Shown: in pieces, positions 28,062-37,554 of the stretch
Layout of the letters: each line of letters opens with the position of its first letter
Numbering within the stretch: position 1 is the first letter of the stretch
Origin: an uncultured Lachnospiraceae bacterium
GTDB taxonomy: Bacteria; Bacillota; Clostridia; Lachnospirales; Lachnospiraceae
Direction of reading: 5' to 3'
NCBI GenBank assembly: GCA_902785985.1
Contig: CADABA010000001.1
Location: 425 to 64,424, forward strand
DNA: 64,000 nucleotides
The notes under the pieces: model-generated
Databases searched by the model: none
What the model was told of the DNA's origin: nothing
What the model saw: only the letters and a program-made list of their open reading frames with translations
Program-made: the position numbers and the translations under genes

Positions 28062-30534
28062 TATTCTCCCACCACCTTCTGAATTGTGCTGTCGCTCAAC
28101 TTGCCCTCACCGGCCAGTTTGTCCGTCCGGAGGATCACATCGGCGTTATTGATCATCTGCTTTGCCAAACGCGCGATCACATCTGCTTTGTCATATGCCT
28201 TCTTACGATCAGCGTCATCGGCATCAACGCTAAGACCATTCACCGTGTTAATCTGATCTCCCAAAATGTCCTGCAACTGTACCATCGTCATGTTTTCACC
28301 TCCTTCCTTTTACCGTTCTGGTATCCAGTCTGAATGCTATATCAAGCAGCTTCTTACGAATGCTGTACTTGTCTCTATTCCGGTTCAGAATCTCCCTGGG
28401 GCCTGCCGGTGTGATAGACAGCGCATAATCAATCAGCGCGTCCTCTGCCATCCGCAGGGCAGCCACGGCTTCATTGATTCGTGGTGTCAGGTTAAGAGGG
28501 GACTGATCAAATTCAGCGCATAGCCTGGTAAACTCCGCCTCATCGTCGATCATGTAAAACTCTGTCGGGACCTCTCCGTCAGGATTCGTGTAGCCGCTCC
28601 GCTTCAGGAAATCGGTTTCATGCTCCCTTTGCAATTCAAAGAGGGTTTCTTTTTTGGCTTTTGCCAGGGCATATGCTTTCTGCTGTCTGTTCATTTCATT
28701 ACCTCCACTTTTTTTCGTTCCTCGATCTGCTTCTTTGACAACTCCCTGATTGCTTCATCCAGTTCGCTCTTGCACCAGGAACACATCTGTATCTTTTCAT
28801 CCGGCATCCGGTTTATCCCACAATCCCATGCGTGTATCCGCCAACACCCGGAAGCATCCGTGATCAGTTGACCACAAATATTACAATGCCCTCTGTACAT
28901 CACACACCCCCGAATCTCTTTTCCAGCTCATGCAGGATTGCATCCCTGCTATCGTTGGAGCTGCAAATCCAGATCACAAGTGCCAGTTCTTCCAGAGACG
29001 CACCGTCCCGGTTCATGTCGAACAGCTTTTCATACTGCTGATTTGATCCAGCCGTGAACCATTCCTTTTCAATGCAGAGGATCCGAAGATCCTCTGTCAA
29101 TATCGGGCTTCTGCTTTCCAGAATTTCAATCATGATCAACCTCCCACAATCTCAAAATGCTTATGCTCTGTCAGTAACATCAATCCGGTATCGGACGGGA
29201 CACAAAGCGTTTTAACCTTTGGATCCCTGATGCTTCTGTCCGTTCCCGCAAGTTTGAACCATTTGCTCTTCGGGATAAGCACCTTCCCGGCATCATCCAG
29301 TCGAAAACCATGATCAAATAACCATTCCTGCGCTCTGCCTTTCCACATGATCACACCTCCTGATAATCCAGTTCCCACAGGAACCCGTTTTCATCTCTTA
29401 ACTCCCATCCATGCTGATCACAGAAGTCAGCTGCATCAATCTCATTCTCAAATACCCGGATATACTCTTTCACGCCGCCCGGACTCTTCTTGTAAACCCC
29501 GTACATTGCTGATCCTCCTTTACTGAACCCAGATGATCATGTCACCCATGAAAGTAATTTCCTCTGACAAATACCTGAACCCGTCTCTGTCGATATCGGC
29601 CAGGGCGTTTTCATACGCGCCCGTGGCCCATGCTTCGTACCTTGCGATAATTGCGCCATCTGCTTTCTTTGCTACGATGATCATCTCTATACCTCCTCAT
29701 AATCCTCAGCATTGTAGGTTTCCGGATCGTTGTAGTAGTGATACTCCCTCGCGGCTGTATCCCAGTCGCATCCAAACATTTCAATGAATTCCTCAATCCA
29801 ATCAAACATTGCCATATCCCCTTACCATCTCTCATAAAATTTGACCGACTTCGCGTCATCTGTGTTCCATGCCTCTGTTTCCATCAGCTTGACTTGCTGC
29901 CTCAGAGTGAACTTAATGCCCTTTACCTCAACTTCTGCCTCAACGTTTTCATATATGGGGCGGTTGACCTCTGTAAGAGTGGCCCCATCTGTGAAAAGGT
30001 AATTCTTCACGTACTGCCCGTATTCGTCCATCGGGCTTGTGTGAACCGTCCAATCCGCTTTTTTATGCTTCTCGATAAATGCCTTTTTATATTCCAGATA
30101 TGTCATTGCCGCGTCCTCCTTTTGTGGTGGGGAAGGGCTTACGCCCTTCCTTTCCTTGCCTCCAGGTACTTTTTCCAGTAAACACCACGCTCTTTAGATT
30201 TCATGCAGTCCATTGTTTCGCGCCATGCCTTGTCAAATGCTTCATCATCACCGGCTTCGATAGCCTCATCCATTTCCCTTCCAAGGCGTTCCGCTTTTCT
30301 TGCCTTGCGGGCCTTTTCCTTTTTCCAAGCCTCGGATACTTCCTTTTCCTCGCCGTCCTGGAATTTCGCACCTGCGATTGTGAGCGCTGCCAAAATAACC
30401 TCCGTCTCAGCCTCACCGAACTGCATCCGGTTCCTGAGCATGTCTTTCATGTCATCCAGTTTGATGCATCCGGAAAAGTAATTTGTTTCGTCTTTGAATT
30501 TCTCGATCAGTTCCCACGCGGCTTTTTTCGTCAT
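28061..30534 (-). CDS. Cluster of small hypothetical early genes (28061-28291, 28296-28694, 28691-28903, 28900-29139, 29136-29349, 29822-30106, 30139-30534 and others)
   Basis: Overlapping start/stop codons and GGAGG RBSs, downstream of the promoter at about 30608. Confidence 0.6.
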
Positions 30535-30552
30535 TGTCTTGACCTCCCTATG

Positions 30553-30639
30553 TGCGGTTGAATTGTTTCAACTGAGTACACTATAGCAGACTGGTTTCTA
30601 TCTGTCAACCCCTTTAGTGGAAATTATTCAACTTTTTTT
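30553..30639 (-). promoter_or_regulatory. Early promoter with two operators (copy 2)
   Basis: TTGACA-gatagaaaccagtctgc-TATAGT; operators GTTGAA-TTGT-TTCAAC and GTGGAA-ATTA-TTCAAC. Confidence 0.85.
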
Positions 30640-30669
30640 ATTCCGGTGGATTTTGAGGGAGAATTACGT

Positions 30670-30906
30670 TTCTCGCACGCGCGTATAGACGTGTTCGCAT
30701 TAGGCGGGATAGGGAGGATATATACCCTCTATACTCTCTATTTCATATACTCAATAAGAAATGTTTGTAATATTGTAATAAATGGCAAAAAACCCAGTAA
30801 AATCAATGGTTCCAGAGATTACAAAAAATGTAATACTCTGTAATATTGTAATTTTTCCGCATTACAAAATTACGGATATTACACGATATTACAAACCGCT
30901 GTAATA
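30670..30906. repeat. Second AT-rich TGTAAT/ATTACA array; putative origin 2, homologous to 1874-2127
   Basis: About 10 TGTAAT/ATTACA copies plus shared blocks CGCACGCGCGT, AGGCGGGATA, CTCTATTTCA, AAAACCCAGTAA. Confidence 0.65.
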
Positions 30907-30951
30907 TAAAAAAGGCCCCCGGCAAGGTGGTTTTTCCTCGCCGGGGGCCTT
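30907..30951 (-). terminator. Intrinsic terminator after the endolysin
   Basis: AAGGCCCCCGGC...GCCGGGGGCCTT stem followed by a T-run on the minus strand. Confidence 0.85.
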
Positions 30952-30962
30952 ACTGCCTCTGA

Positions 30963-32831
30963 TCAAATCTTCTTCAAATATTCTGCCGCACAATGACCCG
31001 TGTACGTGATCCCCTGATACGTGACCTGGATATACAGCCACTTTTCAGATCCTACCATAGAATAATATCCATAGTTTTTGACCTTTGTTCCCTTCGGGAT
31101 CGCGCCCAGGACATAACAGCCGTTCGCGGTCAGTGATCCCGCCCGGTTCCGGATGTTCAGGCTGGATGCCGTGACCTGATAGGTCCCTGCGATGTCAGGA
31201 TCCGGCCCGCAGTCCGCGCCGAAGGTGGCGGTTTTCTTCTTTTCCTGCCCCGCCGGTGTAGCCGGTGCGCTCCCGCTTTCTCCGGTGTACTTCCCGATCA
31301 GGGACGCACTCAGGAAGCCATATTTTCCATTGTACTTAATATAGTACCAATCCGTATTATCCGCTGCTTTGAGCGTGTCACAGATCTCCACAACCGCGCC
31401 GTAGTCCAGGGGGCTGAAGGATACCGGGGGATTCTCAGTACCGGCCCATGTCCGGACGTTCGCTCCTGTCGGATCCGTGACAATGCCCTTCCATTTCGTT
31501 GTCGCATTCAGTTTCTTTCCGGAACCTGAAGAACTGGATGAGCTACCGCCGGTTGAACCGGATACACCGGTAACAACACTGTAATCCGGCATAAAGAATT
31601 TCGTGTTGTTGCTCAGATCCGACCGGTTATAGGTTTTCTTACACACCCCGCCACCGTTCGCAATGATCCCCGACGCTCCGGAGGTGTTACCCTCAATCGT
31701 GGTAATCTTTGTGCTTGTCACGGCAATCACAATCCCGGTATGAGCGTATTCGCCGTTCCGGTAAAACAGGACGATGCTACCGACCTTCGGTGTCTTATTC
31801 GATGTCATCCCGGCAAGCGTCGGACAGTAAACAAATGGCCAGTGCTTCAGGAGCTTTTTCGCTGTCTCTTTTCCGAATGCCTTCATCAAGCACCAGGAAA
31901 CAAAACAGGCGCACCAGGCAAGCGCCTGATATTCAGGGTAGACATCCCGCCAATACTTTGTATAGTTGTTGCTCCCGGCGTTTGCCGTCTTATCGTCCAG
32001 CTGTGCATTGCTTTTCTTTTCCAGATATCCGATTTCAGCTGTCGCAATGTCGATCACTGTCTGGATCGCTTTTTCTTCCGTCATTTTCTCACCATCCTTT
32101 TTCTGTTTTGCTGCCGTAGGCGTTGAGGCTGTCCCGGACTCATCCACGGCGTACCGCTCAATGAATTCCTTACATTTCAGATGGCGTGTCCAAAACTTGC
32201 TGTCACCGACCTGATTATCAGAGGATTTGTCCTGCTGATCCCTTACCAGGGATGCCATGATGCTGTCCAGATCATATTTACCGTTCAGACGATTAAAGAT
32301 CCGTTTGACAGGACCTATCCCGCCCAGATGCCGGATCTCACAGTACATCATGATCGCCTTGATATCTTTGGTGTATGTTTTTTCGCAATCTGCGATAAAG
32401 GTTTTCATCAGCTGTGCGAAAAGCTCATCCTGACATTTCTTTCCCGCCTCAGATGAAATCAGGGCAATCAGGATCTTTTTCTGTGCAGCCGTGGGATTCC
32501 ACCGTGTAGCTACCCAGTCCTTAGCCAGCATGGATTTGATGCTGCCTTTGCTGTCGATCTTTCTGAATCCTTCCGGATCCGCATCATAGATCATCTGGAT
32601 CAGCTTGTGCGCCTCAGATCCGTAGTTCTGCGCCCATCCAAGAGTAACAGTGTGTTCCACGTTGCTGTTCGTATACGGGGCGGCATATGCGTCATATCTG
32701 CGCTGTCCGTAGACCTGACCGCCCGATTCCACTGCTCCGATCACGTTGACCAGCACAGCCATATTTTTATCGTTCATATTTTCCGCTCCCTTTAATAAAG
32801 CGGGCCGCCCCAGGAAGCGGGACGGCCACAA
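30963..32831 (-). CDS. Multidomain endolysin (putative N-terminal glycosidase + CHAP + two SH3-like domains)
   Basis: AVESGG/LGWAQ N-domain; CHAP WCACFVSW...HTGIV...IEGNT; SH3-like NVRTWAG and LNIRNRAG; likely start MNDKN. Confidence 0.88.
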   Translation of the reverse strand: MWPSRFLGRPALLKGAENMNDKNMAVLVNVIGAVESGGQVYGQRRYDAYAAPYTNSNVEHTVTLGWAQNYGSEAHKLIQMIYDADPEGFRKIDSKGSIKSMLAKDWVATRWNPTAAQKKILIALISSEAGKKCQDELFAQLMKTFIADCEKTYTKDIKAIMMYCEIRHLGGIGPVKRIFNRLNGKYDLDSIMASLVRDQQDKSSDNQVGDSKFWTRHLKCKEFIERYAVDESGTASTPTAAKQKKDGEKMTEEKAIQTVIDIATAEIGYLEKKSNAQLDDKTANAGSNNYTKYWRDVYPEYQALAWCACFVSWCLMKAFGKETAKKLLKHWPFVYCPTLAGMTSNKTPKVGSIVLFYRNGEYAHTGIVIAVTSTKITTIEGNTSGASGIIANGGGVCKKTYNRSDLSNNTKFFMPDYSVVTGVSGSTGGSSSSSSGSGKKLNATTKWKGIVTDPTGANVRTWAGTENPPVSFSPLDYGAVVEICDTLKAADNTDWYYIKYNGKYGFLSASLIGKYTGESGSAPATPAGQEKKKTATFGADCGPDPDIAGTYQVTASSLNIRNRAGSLTANGCYVLGAIPKGTKVKNYGYYSMVGSEKWLYIQVTYQGITYTGHCAAEYLKKI

Positions 32832-32837
32832 ACAAGG

Positions 32838-33101
32838 TCAATCAGTTTTCTTCTTTGGTTCCTCATAGGTTAGCGCCAATTTGGAATCGCCAACGCCCTC
32901 TGTAGTGGGATCCGTCACGATCCCCAGGATGGCAAGGACCACAAACACGGCATTGACAACGGCAATGAGCTTGTCGCTCATAGCTCCAAGATCAAGTTTG
33001 ATGTCAAATACCGCCGCGATGACCTGAATGAGAAGGATCATCGCCGGGATAATCGCAAGCCAGAAATTTTTGTTCTTAATACGAACCTTCCAGTTAATCA
33101 T
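32838..33101 (-). CDS. Holin (phi LC3-like family)
   Basis: MINWKVRIKNKNFW...two TM segments...GIVTDPTTEGVGDS. Confidence 0.9.
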   Translation of the reverse strand: MINWKVRIKNKNFWLAIIPAMILLIQVIAAVFDIKLDLGAMSDKLIAVVNAVFVVLAILGIVTDPTTEGVGDSKLALTYEEPKKKTD

Positions 33102-33121
33102 GAAAATCGCTCCTTTCGTTT

Positions 33122-33508
33122 TCAAAAATCCATGCTCTCGATTGCCTGACGCTTCAGGAAATCTTTCTGATCGTTCTTTACCTTCTGCGCATACTCTTTC
33201 GCCTTATGCATATCGCCGTTGCAATGCGCATCCGGTATTCGCTCAACCGCTGATGCCGTTGCCTCTGCCAATGCCATAGAAGCCATGGTCATATTGAGCT
33301 GACAAAGTTCATACTCTTTGCGCTGTTTATCGCGTTCGTCGATTTCCCTCTGCCTCTGTTCACGTTCGGCTTTCTGTTCCTCGTCCCGCTTCTGGATTTT
33401 CCTTTCCAGTAACCAGAAACAGAATCCTGTGAATGCCGTCGGAAGAATGACAATAAACGCGATCATGTTACTCCCCATCGGTTCCCCCTCCTTTCTCCAT
33501 AAGTGCAT
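33122..33508 (-). CDS. Membrane-anchored coiled-coil lysis-module protein
   Basis: N-terminal TM segment, coiled coil, HCNGDM motif; upstream of the holin. Confidence 0.6.
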   Translation of the reverse strand: MHLWRKEGEPMGSNMIAFIVILPTAFTGFCFWLLERKIQKRDEEQKAEREQRQREIDERDKQRKEYELCQLNMTMASMALAEATASAVERIPDAHCNGDMHKAKEYAQKVKNDQKDFLKRQAIESMDF

Positions 33509-33550
33509 ACAAAAAAGCAGATCCGTTATGGACCTGCCCCTGTATCATGA

Positions 33551-33697
33551 TCACCCTTCGTAGGGTTCCCCGGTTATCTCTTCAAATTCCTCCGCAGTGA
33601 TGCGTCCTTTTTTGACCGCGTTTCTGACCCATTTGATCGACCAGGCTCCGCTTTCATACCACTCTTTGATCTTTTCAAATTCTTCACTGTGTCCCAT
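33551..33697 (-). CDS. XkdX-family small protein (not in the ORF track)
   Basis: Hand translation MGHSEEFEKIKEWYESGAWSIKWVRNAVKKGRITAEEFEEITGEPYEG. Confidence 0.85.
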   Translation of the reverse strand: MGHSEEFEKIKEWYESGAWSIKWVRNAVKKGRITAEEFEEITGEPYEG

Positions 33698-33698
33698 T

Positions 33699-33944
33699 TT
33701 ATAAATCCTCCAACATCATGTCGATATAAGCCTGTGTAGCCTCGTTCTGCTCTCCGCATATCCTGGCGTACTCCGCTGCCGTCATTGTCCTGCATTCACA
33801 GATGAATTCATCATAGGCCGGTTGTCCGTCCATTTCATCGTGATGCACAGCGCGGATGTTCCTGCGCTGGATCAATTTTGAAGCCGATGTTACCGCTACA
33901 GTCTCAGGACGCTGCGCACAGCGCTCCTCTGTCCAGTCTGTCAT
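33699..33944 (-). CDS. Small tail-associated hypothetical protein
   Basis: MTDWTEER start with GGAGG RBS; upstream of XkdX. Confidence 0.65.
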   Translation of the reverse strand: MTDWTEERCAQRPETVAVTSASKLIQRRNIRAVHHDEMDGQPAYDEFICECRTMTAAEYARICGEQNEATQAYIDMMLEDL

Positions 33945-35127
33945 GTTTTCTTTCCCTCCTGTCAATTCTTGATATGATTCCACGGAGAACCTTGATTTTC
34001 ACAAAAGGCTTTATGTGATCCAGGAAACAACCGTATGAATCCGTGTACTTGAACCATCCCATACCGGACAGAAGCGCCCGAATATGCGTCGTATAGTATT
34101 TGCCTGTGCGTTCCTTTACCTTTGCCATATGACGCGCAAGGCGAGTAATGTGAAGCATGATCCGTTCCCTCATGATGACTTTCCCATCCCTGTAAAAGAC
34201 AAATCCCATGATATCAACCGGCCTGCCGATTTTCTTTCCGTCTTTTTTCGTGTATGCAAATCGGATGACCTGGAAATTGTTTTTCAGCTTCAGTCTAAGA
34301 AGGCTTCCCAGAAGATGCATGATCTTTTTGATCGTCTTATGCAAAACCTTCTTATTGTCATCCATGAGTAACAGATCGTCCATATAACGGACATTTATTT
34401 CAATCCCGCAGACCTCTTTAATCAGCCTATCGAGCGGTTCAAGGAAATAGTTTGCAAGCCATTGTGAGATATAGAATCCGAGCGGAATTCCTTTAACAAA
34501 TCCTTTCAGGCACAGTTCAACCACATACAGGAACAGTTCATCCTTGATCATGTCCCGGAGCGAGTCCATCAGCATTTTGACGCGGATTGAATTGTAAAAG
34601 TGCCTGATATCCAGCTTTGCAAAATATTTGATGTTCCTTCCTCTCTTGATCATCTTTCTCAAATACCGCATACCGTAGTGTGCGCCACGCTTCGGAAACG
34701 ATCCGCAGCTGATAGCATATGAGGTTGAAAGAATGATAGGAGAGAGGATAAGCACAATTATATGGTGTAACCATTGCTCCCGGATCTCCGGCATATAGAT
34801 GATCCGGGGCTTGCCATGCTCATTTATAATCTTTGGTTTCCTCTTTTTCGGAGGCTTGAACCCAAGTTCCGGATGCTCCGCGTCCGGTCTTGTGTTTTCA
34901 ATCATAACGCGCATCTTTTTGACTTCCTCATCCAGATTTGCGTCTATCTGTTGGATTTCCTTTCGTTTGGTCTTGCCCTTGCGCAGTTTCTTGTAAGCCT
35001 TCCTGATGATAGCCTCATCAAGCATTTGTCGATACAGATACTTGAACTGTTTATGCTTTTTATTCATGCATGATGTCCCAGTTCCGAAACACTCTGCTTT
35101 GAATTCTTCATATCTTTTGTTCAGCAT
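33904..35127 (-). CDS. DGR reverse transcriptase
   Basis: KLDIRHFYNSI, GIPLGFYISQWLAN, RYMDD; adjacent to a TR/VR pair; likely start near 35067. Confidence 0.93.
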   Translation of the reverse strand: MLNKRYEEFKAECFGTGTSCMNKKHKQFKYLYRQMLDEAIIRKAYKKLRKGKTKRKEIQQIDANLDEEVKKMRVMIENTRPDAEHPELGFKPPKKRKPKIINEHGKPRIIYMPEIREQWLHHIIVLILSPIILSTSYAISCGSFPKRGAHYGMRYLRKMIKRGRNIKYFAKLDIRHFYNSIRVKMLMDSLRDMIKDELFLYVVELCLKGFVKGIPLGFYISQWLANYFLEPLDRLIKEVCGIEINVRYMDDLLLMDDNKKVLHKTIKKIMHLLGSLLRLKLKNNFQVIRFAYTKKDGKKIGRPVDIMGFVFYRDGKVIMRERIMLHITRLARHMAKVKERTGKYYTTHIRALLSGMGWFKYTDSYGCFLDHIKPFVKIKVLRGIISRIDRRERKHDRLDRGALCAAS

Positions 35128-35306
35128 GATGATATTTCTTCTTCTATCGCCTACGGGGACGCAGGTGCGACCGCTTTACGCCCCGCCCTGTATCGGTCTC
35201 ATTTCCACTTATCCTCCCGGTAACGGTGAGTAAACGGTATTTCAACCGTCAGAGGTGTAGGAAGCAGGCTGACATTTGAGTTGACACTCCATAAATGGAT
35301 AGATTT

Positions 35307-35413
35307 GGCCGCGCCGATGTTCCAGTTGGCATTCCCAGCCTCATTGTTCAAGTTCACGCATCGTGGTCCCGTTATGAGGCCATTGTTGCAATTACTGAAA
35401 CGTAGAGCGACGC
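35307..35413 (-). repeat. DGR template repeat (TR)
   Basis: 107 bp, rich in AAC/AAT codons; differs from VR only at adenines of the coding strand (16 sites). Confidence 0.95.
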
Positions 35414-35474
35414 AGAAAAGGCGTCAGCCCATCCCCTGATAATAGTTACAAGATTACATTCGCGCTCAGGTTCA

Positions 35475-35523
35475 CGGGGGAGAACCCCCGGACCCCCCAG
35501 GCTGTGGCGGCTTACGCCGCCAC
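35475..35523 (-). other. DGR target-recognition hairpins downstream of VR
   Basis: GTGGCGGC-GTAA-GCCGCCAC (8-bp stem over the stop codon) and CGGGGG-TTCT-CCCCCG. Confidence 0.7.
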
Positions 35524-36786
35524 GCCTACAGGTGGCAAAAGAAGCGAGGCCGCGCCGAAGTACCAGGAGGCATGCCCAGCCCCATCGTTCAAGCCCACGC
35601 AACGTGGTCCCGAAACGAGGCCATAGTAGCAATAACTGAAACGTAGAGCGACGCGAACCCCGCTTACATTGAAATACACACCATCGCATCCACCGGTTGA
35701 TGTACTCCCCTTGTATCCAGTATCCTCATATACCGGGACGGACCCGTAATGGGGAATCGTCTGATAGAAATGAGGATAGAACCAGCCGCCGGATGCCGGG
35801 ATTGTCACTCCCGTCGCTGTGTAGCTATCCCCCGTCAGGTCATACACATAATTCGGGCTGACCTTGTACTCGCCATCCACAAGCAGCCAGTACGGATCCC
35901 TCATGTACTGCTGGAAGGACGCAAGCACGATAGAATGGAAAGCCTTGTTCAGCGCTTTACCTGTATCCGTGCCGTAGAATCTGCCGCCGTTCACGACCGC
36001 GTTTTCTTTCACGCCGTTTGTCGGGGAAAGAGCTGAATCATACCCGGAGCAGTTACCGCGTCCGAATACCTCCTGAATGTTTGAGGATTTCCCCAGCATG
36101 ATCTCCAGGTCCTCAATGGTCTTTGCGATGCCGCCGCCATAGAATACGTGCCTGTCACCGCAGGCGGAGATTGCCGCGTATTCCTGCGCCGTTGTCTTTG
36201 AATAGCAGGGCTGCATACCGGACAGGGACCGCATCTTGCCGTTGGTGTCAATGGACCCGTAGAACATCGGGATCCATACGCCTTCCAGGATATTCCCGGA
36301 CGGATCAATGAATCCGATAGGCTCATAGCCCTCCGCCTTCGTGAACCGGAATGCCACGATACGCTTGCTGCCGACCATCCTTTCAGATTTGTAGATCCGT
36401 TTGATCCATGCAAAAGCACCGCCTTCGTAGCTCTGATTTGCCACATCTGAAGCGGTGCCGTCCAGTTTCTTTGTGTAATCCTCATCATCCAACCTGTAAT
36501 CCGGTGTGCCGTCCCACCTGACCATCCACGGGTGATTGTCCAGCTTGTCGAGGAATGCGCCCCATCCTCCTTCGCTCATCGTGCCATCCGCATTCCTGGT
36601 CATCGGATCGAAGGACGCGGCCTCACCGAAGTATGTGATCCTGTCCTCCGGATCCAGAATGCTCATGTCCTCAATGAACCCATATACATAGGTGTCATTG
36701 ATGTTTGAGGCGATATGCTCCAACGCATCCGCGATCCTCATGCCCGTGCTGTTCCTCATTACCTTCTGTTCATCTGTCAGTGCCAT
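35512..36786 (-). CDS. DGR target protein, putative receptor-binding/tail protein (C-type lectin-like fold inferred)
   Basis: VR at the extreme C-terminus; located at the end of the tail module. Confidence 0.88.
   Translation of the reverse strand: MALTDEQKVMRNSTGMRIADALEHIASNINDTYVYGFIEDMSILDPEDRITYFGEAASFDPMTRNADGTMSEGGWGAFLDKLDNHPWMVRWDGTPDYRLDDEDYTKKLDGTASDVANQSYEGGAFAWIKRIYKSERMVGSKRIVAFRFTKAEGYEPIGFIDPSGNILEGVWIPMFYGSIDTNGKMRSLSGMQPCYSKTTAQEYAAISACGDRHVFYGGGIAKTIEDLEIMLGKSSNIQEVFGRGNCSGYDSALSPTNGVKENAVVNGGRFYGTDTGKALNKAFHSIVLASFQQYMRDPYWLLVDGEYKVSPNYVYDLTGDSYTATGVTIPASGGWFYPHFYQTIPHYGSVPVYEDTGYKGSTSTGGCDGVYFNVSGVRVALRFSYCYYGLVSGPRCVGLNDGAGHASWYFGAASLLLPPVGVAA
35548..35654 (-). repeat. 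DGR variable repeat (VR)
   Basis: Encodes RVALRFSYCYYGLVSGPRCVGLNDGAGHASWYFGAA, versus TR RVALRFSNCNNGLITGPRCVNLNNEAGNANWNIGAA. Confidence 0.95.
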
Positions 36787-36806
36787 AATTTACCTCCATT
36801 TATTTT

Positions 36807-37328
36807 TTATGAATCGGACTCGCATAAACCGCCGTCCTCACCAATATAGAAACCAAGATGATAAACCCTCCGTGTCTCGCTCCCCTCTTTCACGTAGTTG
36901 TCCAGCGTGTCGATTGCGGATTTCACGCCCCCGGATTTAACAGGGTTTGCGCTGTTCGCCGTCGGTGTGTTATCGAAAGTAAGGGAATCCTGTTTACGGT
37001 CCAGGGCGGCTTTGATTACTTTATTCTGTACGGCATTTGTGGAAGTGCCTGACATGGCCGTATCAATCACAAGCTCATCGGAAATATGCTCCATGACATC
37101 GGCAATGGATGTCGTTTCGCAGTTTGTCCCTTCCGTGATCGTGTCGCCTATGGCAATCGCGGCAGTTGCCTTGTATAGCTGATTGTTGTAGATGAAATAC
37201 GACTTCTCCGCGTGTGTAGCCGTTGCCGTGGCAGAGGATTCCACGCTCAGGCAGATCATCGCCCTGCCCTGCGTGTCCTGTATTTTTCGGGTTTCGCTGT
37301 TGATTTCCAACTCATCAATATATGCCAT
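36807..37328 (-). CDS. Tail fibre-associated protein
   Basis: YNNQLYKATAAI and repeated DxxxxxxSxNxVxxxxxK motifs. Confidence 0.6.
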   Translation of the reverse strand: MAYIDELEINSETRKIQDTQGRAMICLSVESSATATATHAEKSYFIYNNQLYKATAAIAIGDTITEGTNCETTSIADVMEHISDELVIDTAMSGTSTNAVQNKVIKAALDRKQDSLTFDNTPTANSANPVKSGGVKSAIDTLDNYVKEGSETRRVYHLGFYIGEDGGLCESDS

Positions 37329-37543
37329 TATGACCCACCCCCTATCACAGCCGTGTTGTCGCTCACGCTTACCTCATTCCCAGACAGGACAAGTTTTGTT
37401 CCCACGATGGATGCGACAAATCCGCTGATCTCATCTTCCGGGAGCCACCCGCACGTCCCGCCCTCCGCAAGGTCTGTTTCCAGCTTGCGGACGTTGTTGA
37501 TTGTGGTGCTTACACCGCCCTCCTGAATAACCACATTTTTCAT
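37328..37543 (-). CDS. Small tail-module protein
   Basis: Tightly coupled ORF in the tail operon. Confidence 0.5.
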   Translation of the reverse strand: MKNVVIQEGGVSTTINNVRKLETDLAEGGTCGWLPEDEISGFVASIVGTKLVLSGNEVSVSDNTAVIGGGS

Positions 37544-37554
37544 GATGCGCCTCC

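Noticed and set aside
33699-33983. Candidate Avd downstream of the RT
   Set aside because: Short, with no Avd-like helical pattern recognisable; its context next to XkdX fits a tail accessory gene (structure prediction needed to exclude it fully)
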